Shown: in pieces, positions 17,931 through 27,602 of the stretch | Position numbering within the stretch: the stretch's first letter is position 1 | Layout: every line of letters begins with the position of its first letter | From: an uncultured Vicinamibacterales bacterium | Lineage (GTDB): Bacteria > Acidobacteriota > Vicinamibacteria > Vicinamibacterales > UBA8438 | Assembly (NCBI GenBank): GCA_958295905.1 | Contig: OY282382.1 | Span: forward strand, 5,812,367 to 5,876,366 | Length of the DNA stretch: 64,000 nt | Direction: 5' to 3' | Position numbers and translations under genes: made by a program | Notes under the pieces: generated by a model | Seen by the model: the letters and a program-made list of their open reading frames with translations, nothing else | What the model was told of the DNA's origin: nothing | Database searches by the model: none

Positions 17931-18914
17931 CTACACCGACCAGTCCGATAGACGACCGAACAGATCGGCCGCCGTGTCGCACTCGATGATCCAGTCGCCG
18001 ACCTGCTCCAAGCGGTCCGGATCCGCAACATGCTCAAGCGCGGCGGCCAACCGCTGCGCTGCTGCGGCGTCGAACTTCCGCGCAGCCTGACGGCACAGCA
18101 ACGCACGCTGGCCCTGCTCGATTCCCTGCCCCCTGCCTTCTTCCCGGCCCTGCTCGACCCACTCGGCCGTCCACTCCTGAACGGTTTCGGCCAACATCGC
18201 CCTCACCTCCTCAAGCCGCGGCAGCGGCCCCGACACCGAGCTGCGGAACCGCCGCGGCAGCAGCACCTGCGTCGCCCATTCGCTGAACGCCGCCGTCAGC
18301 TCCTCATCATCCTGCTTGTGCAGCAGTTCGGTCAACGCCTCCAGCAACGCCGCCGCCCGCACCCGGTCCAGATTCGTCTCCAGCGCGATGAGTGCCGACA
18401 CGAGATTGCCGGACGGCAGATCCGAACCGCCGAGCCGGCGCTCGTCCAGCAGAAAGTACCGCTGCGACGGCTGATACCGCGCCAACGCCGCCCCGCCGCC
18501 CGACGCGATCAGCGCCGACACGTCCGCCGGCGCCGTCCACGGCCGACGGCCGTTGTAGATCACGACGGGCAGCACCGGCGGCAGGCCGCCGTGCTCACGG
18601 AGCACTCCGTCCGCGATCAACTTCTGATACAGCAGCCCCGTGTACGTCAGCATGCGGACCGCCATCGAGCGGTCGACCGCCGACTGGAACTCCAAGAGCA
18701 GCACGACGTACAGCCACCGATCGTCCTTGAAGCGGACGCGCCACACCAGGTCGCCGTGACGTTGGCGCAGGTCGTGGCTGACGAAGCTCGCCGGCAGCGG
18801 CGTCAGCGACGCGAAGTCGAGGTCGCCGCTCCAGTCGCGGGCGGCGAAGCCGCGCAACAGGTCCTGGACCATCCGGGGGCGCGAGAACAGGCGTTTGTAG
18901 GCAGGATCATCCAT
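17931..18914 (-). CDS. Rpn-family recombination-promoting nuclease / PD-(D/E)XK putative transposase
   Basis: 327-aa ORF. YKRLFSRPRMVQDLL...DLVWRV...YVVLLLEFQS matches the YhgA/Rpn pattern. Confidence 0.8.
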   Translation of the reverse strand: MDDPAYKRLFSRPRMVQDLLRGFAARDWSGDLDFASLTPLPASFVSHDLRQRHGDLVWRVRFKDDRWLYVVLLLEFQSAVDRSMAVRMLTYTGLLYQKLIADGVLREHGGLPPVLPVVIYNGRRPWTAPADVSALIASGGGAALARYQPSQRYFLLDERRLGGSDLPSGNLVSALIALETNLDRVRAAALLEALTELLHKQDDEELTAAFSEWATQVLLPRRFRSSVSGPLPRLEEVRAMLAETVQEWTAEWVEQGREEGRGQGIEQGQRALLCRQAARKFDAAAAQRLAAALEHVADPDRLEQVGDWIIECDTAADLFGRLSDWSV

Positions 18915-19099
18915 GAATTGCGCCGATCATACCGCGCCAAGGGCGTCCGAACGAACACCGATAGCCAGCGGCCCGCCGCCGGCACACGGATCCGCCAGCG
19001 GCGGGCTCACCGAAAATCTGCGCTCAGGAATCGACACGCCAGCCCTCATGTACTACACTAGCGGGCATGGCGATGGGCACGGTGCGCAACGGGTCGCAG

Positions 19100-19560
19100 C
19101 AATCGACACGGGTCGCGACGGCGGATCTGCCGCAGAGCGCAGGCATCCCTTCGACGAGCGGCTGAACCGGATCCTGGAGGCGGCAAGTTCGACGCGTTCG
19201 TCGAATGCCTGTGCGGGCCGTTCTACGCGATGATTGGACGAGGCGAGTCTGGCTCCAAGACGCTACTTCCGATTGCTGCTCATCGGGTACTTGGAAGAGC
19301 TGGACTCCCAAACGAGGCATCGCGGCGCGGACGGAGGATTCGCTGAGCCTACGGGGCGTTTCTGCGTTGCCGGAGCGGGCGGCGTATCCGCCGTGTGCGG
19401 GCTGCTCGGGCCATTCTGGACCTGGACACCGGTCTGGAGCGGCTCTCGACGCGATTCCGGCCCCATTCGGCGCGGGTCGCCGCGCCATCGAGCCACCGAC
19501 CCCTTGAGCCGTCTGAACATCAGGAACTTCCACCTCGGGTTGGTGAGGCGCAACCCTTGA
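19100..19560 (+). pseudogene. Degenerate IS5/IS1182-like transposase N-terminal (DUF772-like) remnant
   Basis: Across three frames it reads PFYA..GRGESG / SLAPRRYFRLLLIGYLEELDS / SLSLRGVSALPERAAYP / ILDLDTGLERL. This resembles the InsH N-terminal domain broken by frameshifts. Confidence 0.4.
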
Positions 19561-20220
19561 ACGACATGAATACGCTGACCACGCTGGATAATGCCACGCC
19601 GATGGATCGCTGGCGCGCTCTGGGCGCCCCCTGCCTGAATTGCGGAGGAAGACGATCGGCAGCGAAACGAAGACACGGATCCAGAAGCCACTAATCATTC
19701 CCGAAGTATGCAGAGCCCCGAGCCAGAGCGGCCGTCGCCGACAGAACCCCGACCGAGCGTGATCAGACGCGGGCCCAAGTACGGTGGTCTGGCGCAAACC
19801 GCGGAAGGATACGGGACGATCGGGATCGACAGACCGGGCGTCCCGCCGATGCGGGTCCAAGTACAATGAATGGCGATACAACCCGAGATACGGCCCAAGA
19901 GGAACGGCGGCGACGACCTTTATCGGTCGACGCAGTCTCAGTGAGACCGAGCAATGAAACTCGAACGTGGGACGTAAAGCGGGGCGGAACGATACGGTCG
20001 CCCGCAAGTTGCTGATAGGATATCAGTTACAGCGCCGCCGCACGTTTCAAGGAAACAGTGCGAACAGCGCGCCGTCGCAGGCGGACGCCAAGCGTTCGAC
20101 GACAGCGGCAGGCGGGACTGGTACCCAGGAGCGGTATAATCGCGGCTGCGGGCTCGACGGCGGGGCGATTGTCCGGACGTGCGGGAGTTCGCCGGCGGGA
20201 AAGGAAGCATGGCTAGGACC

Positions 20221-20447
20221 GCGGACGCGCGGGGGGTGCCGCCGGGCGCGCCAACGCTCTCGGCCGCGTGTTCGCCGCAGCGGGCGCGCCGGTGCTGGTG
20301 CTGTTCGACGAGGTGCTCAACTTCGTCGCCCCCACCACCAGCAGATGGCCGATGCGTCCCAGCAGGCCCGCGGCACGCTGGCGATGCTCGCGCAGTGGAT
20401 ACCGTGGACGCACCGGGACGGCTTCAGGCCGGCGCGCACCGAGCCGC
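20221..20447 (+). pseudogene. Remnant of a second DUF499 gene with internal deletion and frameshift
   Basis: VFAAAGAPVLVLFDEVLNFV aligns with 22940-23010. QQARGTLAMLAQWIPWTHRDGFRPARTEP aligns with 23462-23555. About 430 bp between these blocks is missing. Confidence 0.8.
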
Positions 20448-20527
20448 ATCGTGAGGTCCGACGTTGCCCCGGTCGAATCCTGCCGGCTCGGTTCATGTAA
20501 AAGATCAGTGCGGGAGGAAATGGTTCC

Positions 20528-21654
20528 ATGACCGCGGCGAAGATAGAATCCGTGCGCATCCGGGGGTTCCGGTCGCTCGCCGACGTGGAGCTGTCGAATC
20601 TCCGGAACGCCAACGTCCTGATTGGAGCCAACGGCTCCGGAAAGTCCAACTTCATCCGTTTCTTCGAGATGATGAGCTGGATGCTGCGGTCTCGCCGGCT
20701 CGGAGAGTTCGTTGAGTTGCAGGGCGGCGCCGACGACCAGTTGCACAAGGGCAACCGCGTTACTCCACGCATGGAGGCCGAGCTGGCCCTGCGCACCGAG
20801 ACCGGCCGGAACGATTACCGCTTCGCCCTGGCTCACGCCCACCCCGACCGCTTCGTTTTCACCGAAGAGGCGTACCGTTTCAACGCCAGCGACCGTCCGG
20901 GGGAAGCGCCTTGGCAGCACGCTCCGAGCGGCCGGTCGGAAGCGGCGATCGTCGACATGGCGCAGACGCCGCCGCCTGGCGTCAACCCGACGACCGCGAG
21001 GGTCGTGGTCCATCTCTTGAGGAACTGCGCCGTCTACCAGTTCCACGACACGTCCGACACGTCGCATTTCAAGAAGCGGTGGGACGCGGACGACAACAAC
21101 TACCTTCGCACCCACGGCGGGAACCTTGCCGCCGTCCTGCACCGACTGGAGCAGGAAGATCTCCAGCGGTTCGATCTGATCTCGCGGCATATTCGGCGCG
21201 CGCTGCCGGTCTTCGACCGCTTCCAGATCGACGTCAGCTACGGCAAGGTGTCGTTGCGATGGAAAGCCGCCGGAACGGACAAGTCGTTCGGTGCGCACCT
21301 CACGTCCGACGGGTCGCTCCGTTTTTTCGCGCTGGTCACCTTGTTGAATCTTCCGCCGGAGATGTTGCCGAACGTGTTGCTGCTGGACGAGCCGGAGCTC
21401 GGCCTGCACCCGGCCACCGTGGCGCTGGTCGGCGGCATGATCAAGGCGCTCTCGGTCGACCGGCAGATCATCGTGGCGACGCAGTCGCCGCTGCTCGTCG
21501 ATGCGTCGATCTCGAGGAAATCGTCGTCTTGGATCTTGACGATGGACGCACCACGCTCCACCGGCCGGATGCGGACGGGTACCGGCGCTGGCTCGACGAA
21601 GGCTTCATGCCGGGTGAGATGTGGCAGAAGAACCTCATCGGAGGGCGCCCGTGA
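20528..21654 (+). pseudogene. ABC/SMC-type ATPase, frameshifted
   Basis: Walker A GANGSGKSN, Walker B LLLDEPELGLHP, VATQSP. An 8-bp near-duplication (tcgtcgat gcgtcgat) at 21495-21510 shifts the frame. The true C-terminus DLEEIVVLDLDDGR...GGRP continues in the frame of ORF 20911-21654. Confidence 0.8.
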
Positions 21655-22288
21655 CACGTCTGGCCGTGTCGGTGGAAGGACAGACCGAAGAGGAATTCGT
21701 CAAGCGGGTTCTTGCCGGTCACTTGAGGGAAAGGCGTGTAGAGTCGACGCCGATCGTGCTCGGCCGGGCTCGGGGCAGATCTGGCGGCGGAAACGTGTCT
21801 TCGGATCGACTCGTGTCGGAAATGGTCTGGTTGCTGCAGTCCTTCGATGCCGCGACTTCATTGGTCGACTTCTACGGGTTTCGCCACCGGGGAGACCGAT
21901 CGGTCGAGATCTGGAGGCGCACTTGCGCGAGGAGATCGCCCGGCAAATCGGTCCCCGTCGAGACGAAACGAAGGTGGTGCCGTACGTGCAGAGGCATGAG
22001 TTCGAAGGACTGTTGTTTTCGAATGTCGAGGTCTTCGCGGAACAGGTCGATTTTCCTGTCACGTGCCGGGGCGAGCTGCAGGCCGTTCGCGCGCAGTTCA
22101 CGACTCCCGAGGACATCAACGACGATCCGCAGACCGCGCCGAGCAAGCGCATAGCGAACGTGATCCCAAGGTACAGGAAGCCTCTTCATGGTCCCTTGCT
22201 GGCTGGGAAAATCGGCCTGGACAGGATCCGCGCGGAGTGTCCGCGATTCCACGACTGGGTGATGCGTCTGGAATCCCTGGCGGACTGA
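21651..22288 (+). pseudogene. DUF4276 family protein, frameshifted
   Basis: GTG overlaps the ATPase stop (GTGA). N-terminal LAVSVEGQTEEEFVKRVL. The C-terminal half VPYVQRHEFEGLLFS...PEDINDDPQTAPSKRI...RAECPRFHDWV is in another frame, with the shift at ~21885-21915. Confidence 0.8.
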
Positions 22289-22400
22289 GTCAGGCTGACT
22301 GTCCGTTCCCACGTTTCGCGGTGCTCTTGCTGACGGACTGAATCGGATCCGAGGCGGCGAGCGCAACGGCGGGAGTGGAACGGCGGGAGGAGACAAGCGG

Positions 22401-25214
22401 ATGGCGCTAGAGCCCTGGTACAAGGTCGCGCTCCCCCGCGAGGAGGTCCGCGAAGGCCGTTCGTTCAATCCGGACGAGTTCGCCATCGCCCTGGAGCAGG
22501 TGGTCGGCGGGACGGCGCCGGCCGACTACCGCGACCCGGAGGCGTTCTTCGCCCGCACCTGCTTCACCCGCGCGCTGCGCGGGCACGCCGGGATGGTGCT
22601 GCGGCGGCTGGCGGGGAAGACGGCGAACACGTCGCCGGTGATGACGCTGGTGACGCAGTTCGGCGGGGGGAAGACCCACACGCTGACCGCGCTCTATCAC
22701 TTGGTGACGGCCGGCGAACGGGTCGCGGACCTGAACGACATCTCTGCGCTGCTGCACGAGGCGGGGCTGCCGGCCGCGCCCGCGGCCCGGGTGGCGGTGT
22801 TCGTCGGCAACGCCTGGGACCCGCGGGAGGGACGCGAAACGCCGTGGGTCGACGTCGCCCGGCAGCTCGCGGGCGACGAGGGCGCGGCGCTGCTCGGCGC
22901 GGACGCGCGGGGGGCGCCGCCGGGCACCGACGCCCTCGGGCGGGTGTTCGCCGCGGCGGGCGCGCCGGTGCTGGTGCTGTTCGACGAGGTGCTCAACTTC
23001 GTGAACCGCCACCGGCGGATGGCCGATGCGTTCCACGCCTTCATCCAGAACCTGACCGTCGCGATGACCGGGACCACCCACGGGGCCGCGGTCATCAGCC
23101 TGCCGCGCAGCCAGGTCGAGATGTCCGACTTCGACCTGGCGTGGCAGGACCGCATCACGAAGGTGGTCCGCCGCGTCGCCAAGGATCTGCTGGCGAACGA
23201 CGAAGCCGAGGTCAGCGAGGTGGTCCGGCGGCGGTTGTTCGACGCCATCGGCCCGGAACGCACCCGGAAGAAGGTGTCGCGGGCGTACGCCGACTGGTGC
23301 TTCGAGCGGCGCACGCAGTTGCCGCCGGAATGGACGCTGGTCGACAGCGCGGCCACCGAGTCCAGGGCGCGCGACCGTCTGCGGGCGCGTTTCGAGGCGT
23401 GCTACCCGTTTCATCCCGCCACGCTGTCCGTCTTCCAGCGCAAGTGGCAGATACTGCCGCACTTCCAGCAGACCCGCGGCACGCTGGCGATGCTCGCGCA
23501 GTGGATCTCGTGGGCGCACCGCGACGGCTTCAGGCGCGCGCGCACCGAGCCGCTGATCACGCTCGGGTCGGCGCCGCTCCAGGTCTCCGAGTTCACGAGC
23601 GTCGTCCTCGGCCAGCTCGGCGAGCCGCGGCTGGCCGCCGCCATCGACGCCGACGTCGCCGGCGAGCAGGCGCACGCGCGGGCGCTCGACGCCGACACGA
23701 AGGGCGCGCTCCGCGACGTCCACCGCCGCGCCGGCACGACGATGCTGTTCGAGTCGTCGGGCGGACAGGTCGACAGGGTGGCGCATCTGCCCGAGCTGCG
23801 CTTCGCGCTCGGCGAGCCCGCCATCGATACGACCTCGGTCGACACCGCGGCGGCCAGGCTGGAGGAAAGGGCCTACTTCCTGCGCCGCGTGGGAACGGAC
23901 GGGTTCCGGATCGACTACCGGCCGACGATCAAGAAGGTGGTCAACGACCGCCGCGCGTCGCTCGACGAGGAAAACGAGATCCGGCCGGCCGTGCGCGGCT
24001 TGGTCGAAGAGAACTTCGACCGGGGCGCAAGCCTTCCCCGCATCTGTTTTCCCGCCGACGCGGCCGTGATTCCGGACACCCCCAAGCTGACGCTGGTGGT
24101 GATGGACCCGGAGGTGGCGTGGACCGGCGCGGCCGGCGACGATGTCCGGGCGCGGATCGCGCAGTGGACCCGCGCCCGCGGCACCGCGCCCAGACTGTAT
24201 CCGGGCGCGCTGATCTGGGCGGTCGGAAAACCCGGGCGCGCGCTGCGGCAGAAGGTGGAACAGTGGCTCGCGTGGAAGCGGGTCGCCGCCGAGGTGTCCG
24301 CGGGGGCCCTCGGCCACGAGTTCGACGGCAATGACCACAAGGAGCTCCGCACGAAGGTCGGGGAAGCGGGCGACACGGCGCGGGAAGAGGTCTGGGGAAG
24401 CTACCGCTTCGTGGTGCTCGCCGACGCCTCGGGACCGGACGGGCTGAAAGCCATCGATCTCGGCGTCGGGCACTCGAGCAGCGGCGAGAATCTCTGCGGG
24501 CGGGTCGTCGCCGCGCTCAAGTCGAGCGCCCTTCTCAACGATTCGATCGGAGCCCGATACCTGGCGCGCAACTGGCCGCCGGCGCTGAAGGCGGGCGGCG
24601 CCTGGCCGCTCGTCAGCCTGCGCCAGAGCTTTCTCGACGGCTCGCTGACGCGGCTGATCGATCCGGACGCGGTGCTGCGCCGCAAGGTCGTGGAGTGGGT
24701 CGGCGACGGCGAGTTCGGACTCGGCTCGGGACGGGGCGCGGACGGCCGCTTCGAGCACGTGTCGTTCCAGGAAACGGTGGCGGCGGAGGACGTCATGTTC
24801 GAGTCGGACGTCTACCTGCTGACCAGGACGGCGGCCGAGAGCGCGAAGGCGACGCCCGAGCCGGACCCGGGGCCGGCGGAATCGCAACCCGGAGCGGCGG
24901 CCGTGACCGGTGGCCTGTTCACCCCCGCCGCGAGTCAGGAGGCTGCCCCGACGCCTCGCCCCCCGGCGCCTTCCGAGCCGCCCGCCGACCACACGATCCG
25001 TGTCCACGGGAAGATTCCGGCGGAGACCTGGAACCGTGTGGGCGCCCGGCTGCTGCCGAAACTGCGCGGGAACTCGGGCCGCGATCTGCAGGTGACGGTC
25101 TCGTTCGAGCTGACGGCGGGCGCCCCCGGCGCCGACGCGCTGCTCGCCGACCTGCGCCGGATCGTCGACGACCTCCGACTCGACGGGTCGCTCAGGATCG
25201 ACACGGACGCGTAA
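22401..25214 (+). CDS. DUF499 (COG1483-like) ATPase
   Basis: 937-aa ORF. MALEPWYKVA.PREEVREGRSFNPDEFAI...LVTQFGGGKTHTL matches the typical DUF499 N-terminus and P-loop. Confidence 0.85.
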   Translation: MALEPWYKVALPREEVREGRSFNPDEFAIALEQVVGGTAPADYRDPEAFFARTCFTRALRGHAGMVLRRLAGKTANTSPVMTLVTQFGGGKTHTLTALYHLVTAGERVADLNDISALLHEAGLPAAPAARVAVFVGNAWDPREGRETPWVDVARQLAGDEGAALLGADARGAPPGTDALGRVFAAAGAPVLVLFDEVLNFVNRHRRMADAFHAFIQNLTVAMTGTTHGAAVISLPRSQVEMSDFDLAWQDRITKVVRRVAKDLLANDEAEVSEVVRRRLFDAIGPERTRKKVSRAYADWCFERRTQLPPEWTLVDSAATESRARDRLRARFEACYPFHPATLSVFQRKWQILPHFQQTRGTLAMLAQWISWAHRDGFRRARTEPLITLGSAPLQVSEFTSVVLGQLGEPRLAAAIDADVAGEQAHARALDADTKGALRDVHRRAGTTMLFESSGGQVDRVAHLPELRFALGEPAIDTTSVDTAAARLEERAYFLRRVGTDGFRIDYRPTIKKVVNDRRASLDEENEIRPAVRGLVEENFDRGASLPRICFPADAAVIPDTPKLTLVVMDPEVAWTGAAGDDVRARIAQWTRARGTAPRLYPGALIWAVGKPGRALRQKVEQWLAWKRVAAEVSAGALGHEFDGNDHKELRTKVGEAGDTAREEVWGSYRFVVLADASGPDGLKAIDLGVGHSSSGENLCGRVVAALKSSALLNDSIGARYLARNWPPALKAGGAWPLVSLRQSFLDGSLTRLIDPDAVLRRKVVEWVGDGEFGLGSGRGADGRFEHVSFQETVAAEDVMFESDVYLLTRTAAESAKATPEPDPGPAESQPGAAAVTGGLFTPAASQEAAPTPRPPAPSEPPADHTIRVHGKIPAETWNRVGARLLPKLRGNSGRDLQVTVSFELTAGAPGADALLADLRRIVDDLRLDGSLRIDTDA

Positions 25215-25333
25215 CGCGTCGTCGATGCACCCGCGCCCATCGCCCGCCGGCGCAGCAACGATACTCGCGACCGACGGAGACCGGCTTCGATCAGCGCGCC
25301 CAGATCCGCGGGACGGCACCGCCACGGGAGCGC

Positions 25334-25464
25334 GTGAGTCTGCGCCGCAGGAAATAAGCTCCCACATATAGTGGAGTTGAAGGAGTTGAAGGGGTCTACG
25401 GCTACTATATACAGGGTCTAACTGACTAATCGTGCCCCAAATCGTTCCCACGGCGCAGACTCAC
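25334..25464. mobile_element. MITE-like element, family B
   Basis: Terminal inverted repeats GTGAGTCTGCGCCGCAGGAA and GTGAGTCTGCGCCGTGGGAA around a ~90-bp AT-richer core. The same termini occur at 33201-33317. Confidence 0.7.
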
Positions 25465-25576
25465 AGCGAGACTCTCTTCGGTGAGGTCCACTCGATGCCG
25501 CTCCTTCGCGCCGGCGTGAATCCCCGACCCGTCGGTCGGCCATGCGGCGTCAGACGAGACGGCGCGGGCGACGCGT

Positions 25577-26191
25577 TCAGAAGGCAGGCTTGCAGACGGC
25601 GGCGAGGTCGAGCGAGAACCCCGGCAGCACCGTCCCGCCGGTGACGACGCCCGGTCCGGCGCGCTGTTCGAGGCTGCTGTCGGCACGATAGACGGTGACC
25701 TGCCGCCGGGGCGGATCGATCAGCCAGCCCAGGCGGGCGCCGTTGGCCCGGTACTCCTGCATCTTGCGTCGCAGGGCCGCACGAGAATCGGACGGCGAGA
25801 GCAGCTCGATCACGAAGTCGGGACAGAGGGGCAGGAATCCCGCCTTGTCCTCGGCAGAGAGCCGGGCAAGACGGCTGCGGAGGACCCAGGCCGCGTCCGG
25901 CGAACGCACCGCGCCGTTGGGCAGCTCGAAGCCGGTCGAGGAATCGAAGGCGACGCCGGCCCCGTCGTGCTCGGCCCAGCGATAGAGGGCGGCCACCAGG
26001 AGAACGCTCCGCGCCCCCGTCTCGCCGCCGGTGGGCGCCATCACCGCGATGCCCCCTTCCGCGTTGCGCTCGATACGCACGTCCCGATTCAGTTGGCAGA
26101 ACTGAAAGAACTGCTCCCGGCTCATGTCGATGGCCGGCGGCATGCGCAGCTCCATGGCCGGCCGGCCGGAACGCTGATCGACAATCGCCAT
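25577..26191 (-). CDS. Uma2 (DUF820) family endonuclease
   Basis: FELPNG..RSPDAAWV ... PDFVIELLSPSD ... K...Y...G...W matches the Uma2 pattern. Confidence 0.8.
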   Translation of the reverse strand: MAIVDQRSGRPAMELRMPPAIDMSREQFFQFCQLNRDVRIERNAEGGIAVMAPTGGETGARSVLLVAALYRWAEHDGAGVAFDSSTGFELPNGAVRSPDAAWVLRSRLARLSAEDKAGFLPLCPDFVIELLSPSDSRAALRRKMQEYRANGARLGWLIDPPRRQVTVYRADSSLEQRAGPGVVTGGTVLPGFSLDLAAVCKPAF

Positions 26192-26200
26192 GACCTCAGG

Positions 26201-27268
26201 CTAACGCACGCGCCCTGCGGGAATCAACGAAGCGGCGACGAGCCTCGCGGCGACGGTCGAGAGGCCCAGCCGGTGGTCGTTCGGGTCGATCCAGCGCCCG
26301 GCGTCCTCTCGAACCGCGGCCGGCCGCGACCTGAGGCGGACGTAGACCGGCTCGACGTCCAGGTCGTAGTGGGTGAAGCCGTGGCGGAAGACGTGGGCGG
26401 CCCGGATCTCGTCGACGAGGCCGGCATCGACACCGGCCTCGTCGAGGAATCCGCGCACCGTCTCTCGGGCGTCGCGCTCCGGCGGCGACCAGAGGCCGCC
26501 CCAGATGCCGGCAGGCGGCCGCCGCTCGACGAGACAGGCGCCGTCGGGGTCGACCAGCACGAAGAACCGGCGCCGCTCGAGACGGCGGGAGCGGCGCGGC
26601 GCGGCCTCCGGATACCGCTCGGGGTCGCCCGCGGCGAAGGCCAGGCAGCCGGTGCGCACCGGACAGTCGCCGCAGCGCGGCCGGCGGCGGCGGCACACCG
26701 TCGCGCCCAGGTCCATAACGGCCTGCGTATAGTCCGCGGCGCGGTCCTGCGGGGTATGCGATTCCGCCAGCCGCCACAGCTCGTCGAGGGTCGCGGTCGA
26801 CGACACCGGGCCGGCGACGCGGCGCCGCCGCGCCAGCACGCGCTTGACGTTGCCGTCCAGGATCGGCGCGCGCCGGCCGTGGGCCTGGGCGACGATCGCG
26901 GCAGCCGTCGAACGGCCGATGCCCGGCAGCGCCCCGAGCGCCGCCGCCGTGTCGGGCAGCGTCCCGCCGTGCTCCCTGACGACGATGCCGGCGGCGCGGT
27001 GCAGGTTGCGCGCGCGGGCGTAGTAGCCGAGGCCGCTCCACAGGTGCAGCACGTCGTCGAGATCGGCCCGCGCCACCGCCTCCACGTCGGGGAACCGGGC
27101 GACGAACCGCTCGAAGTACGGCGCCGCCGTCCCGACCTGGGTCTGCTGCAGCATGATCTCGGCCACCCATATCCGGTACGGCGTGCGCTCCTGCTGCCAG
27201 GGCAGGTTCTTGCGGCCGTGAACGTCCCACCAGGCGAGCAGTCGACGGGCGAAGGAATCGGCGGCCAT
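26201..27268 (-). CDS. mutY: A/G-specific adenine DNA glycosylase
   Basis: LPWQQERTPYRIWVAEIMLQQTQV, GLGYYARARNL, PGIGRSTAAAI, and the Cys cluster CRRRRPRCGDCPVRTGC. Start taken at Met 27268. Confidence 0.9.
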   Translation of the reverse strand: MAADSFARRLLAWWDVHGRKNLPWQQERTPYRIWVAEIMLQQTQVGTAAPYFERFVARFPDVEAVARADLDDVLHLWSGLGYYARARNLHRAAGIVVREHGGTLPDTAAALGALPGIGRSTAAAIVAQAHGRRAPILDGNVKRVLARRRRVAGPVSSTATLDELWRLAESHTPQDRAADYTQAVMDLGATVCRRRRPRCGDCPVRTGCLAFAAGDPERYPEAAPRRSRRLERRRFFVLVDPDGACLVERRPPAGIWGGLWSPPERDARETVRGFLDEAGVDAGLVDEIRAAHVFRHGFTHYDLDVEPVYVRLRSRPAAVREDAGRWIDPNDHRLGLSTVAARLVAASLIPAGRVR

Positions 27269-27316
27269 GGCTGGGTCACTCGGTTGGTCGGCGACGGTGC
27301 CGTACACCCATCGCGG

Positions 27317-27506
27317 CATCGGGATGGCCGACGCGATCCTGCCGCCGCCGACCGACGAAGAACGGAACCGCCTCCGGCCTCATCGGGATGGCCGACGCGA
27401 TCCTGCCGCCGCCGACCGACGAAGAACGGACCGCCTCCGGCCTCATCGGGATGGCCGACGCGATCCTGTCGCCGCCGACCGACGAGAACGAACCGCCTCC
27501 GGTCTC
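27317..27506. repeat. Tandem repeat, 3 x ~63-64 bp
   Basis: The unit catcgggatggccgacgcgatcctgccgccgccgaccgacgaagaacgg(a)accgcctccggcct starts at 27317, 27381 and 27444. It is intergenic. Confidence 0.9.
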
Positions 27507-27602
27507 CACCTGCCTTGCGGCGCCCTCGTCCCTCAACCGCGGGCTTCGGGCCGCTTCCCGGCGCGGAGCGACACCTTCGCGCCGCCGCGCCGCCCTCGTC
27601 CC

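Noticed and set aside
19560-20220. Lower-GC stretch with repeated cccaagta motifs that looked like a structured RNA (RNase P, tmRNA, SRP or intron domain)
   Set aside because: I could not find any diagnostic conserved motif of these RNAs. It is more likely decayed IS sequence continuing from the DUF772-like remnant. Left unassigned.
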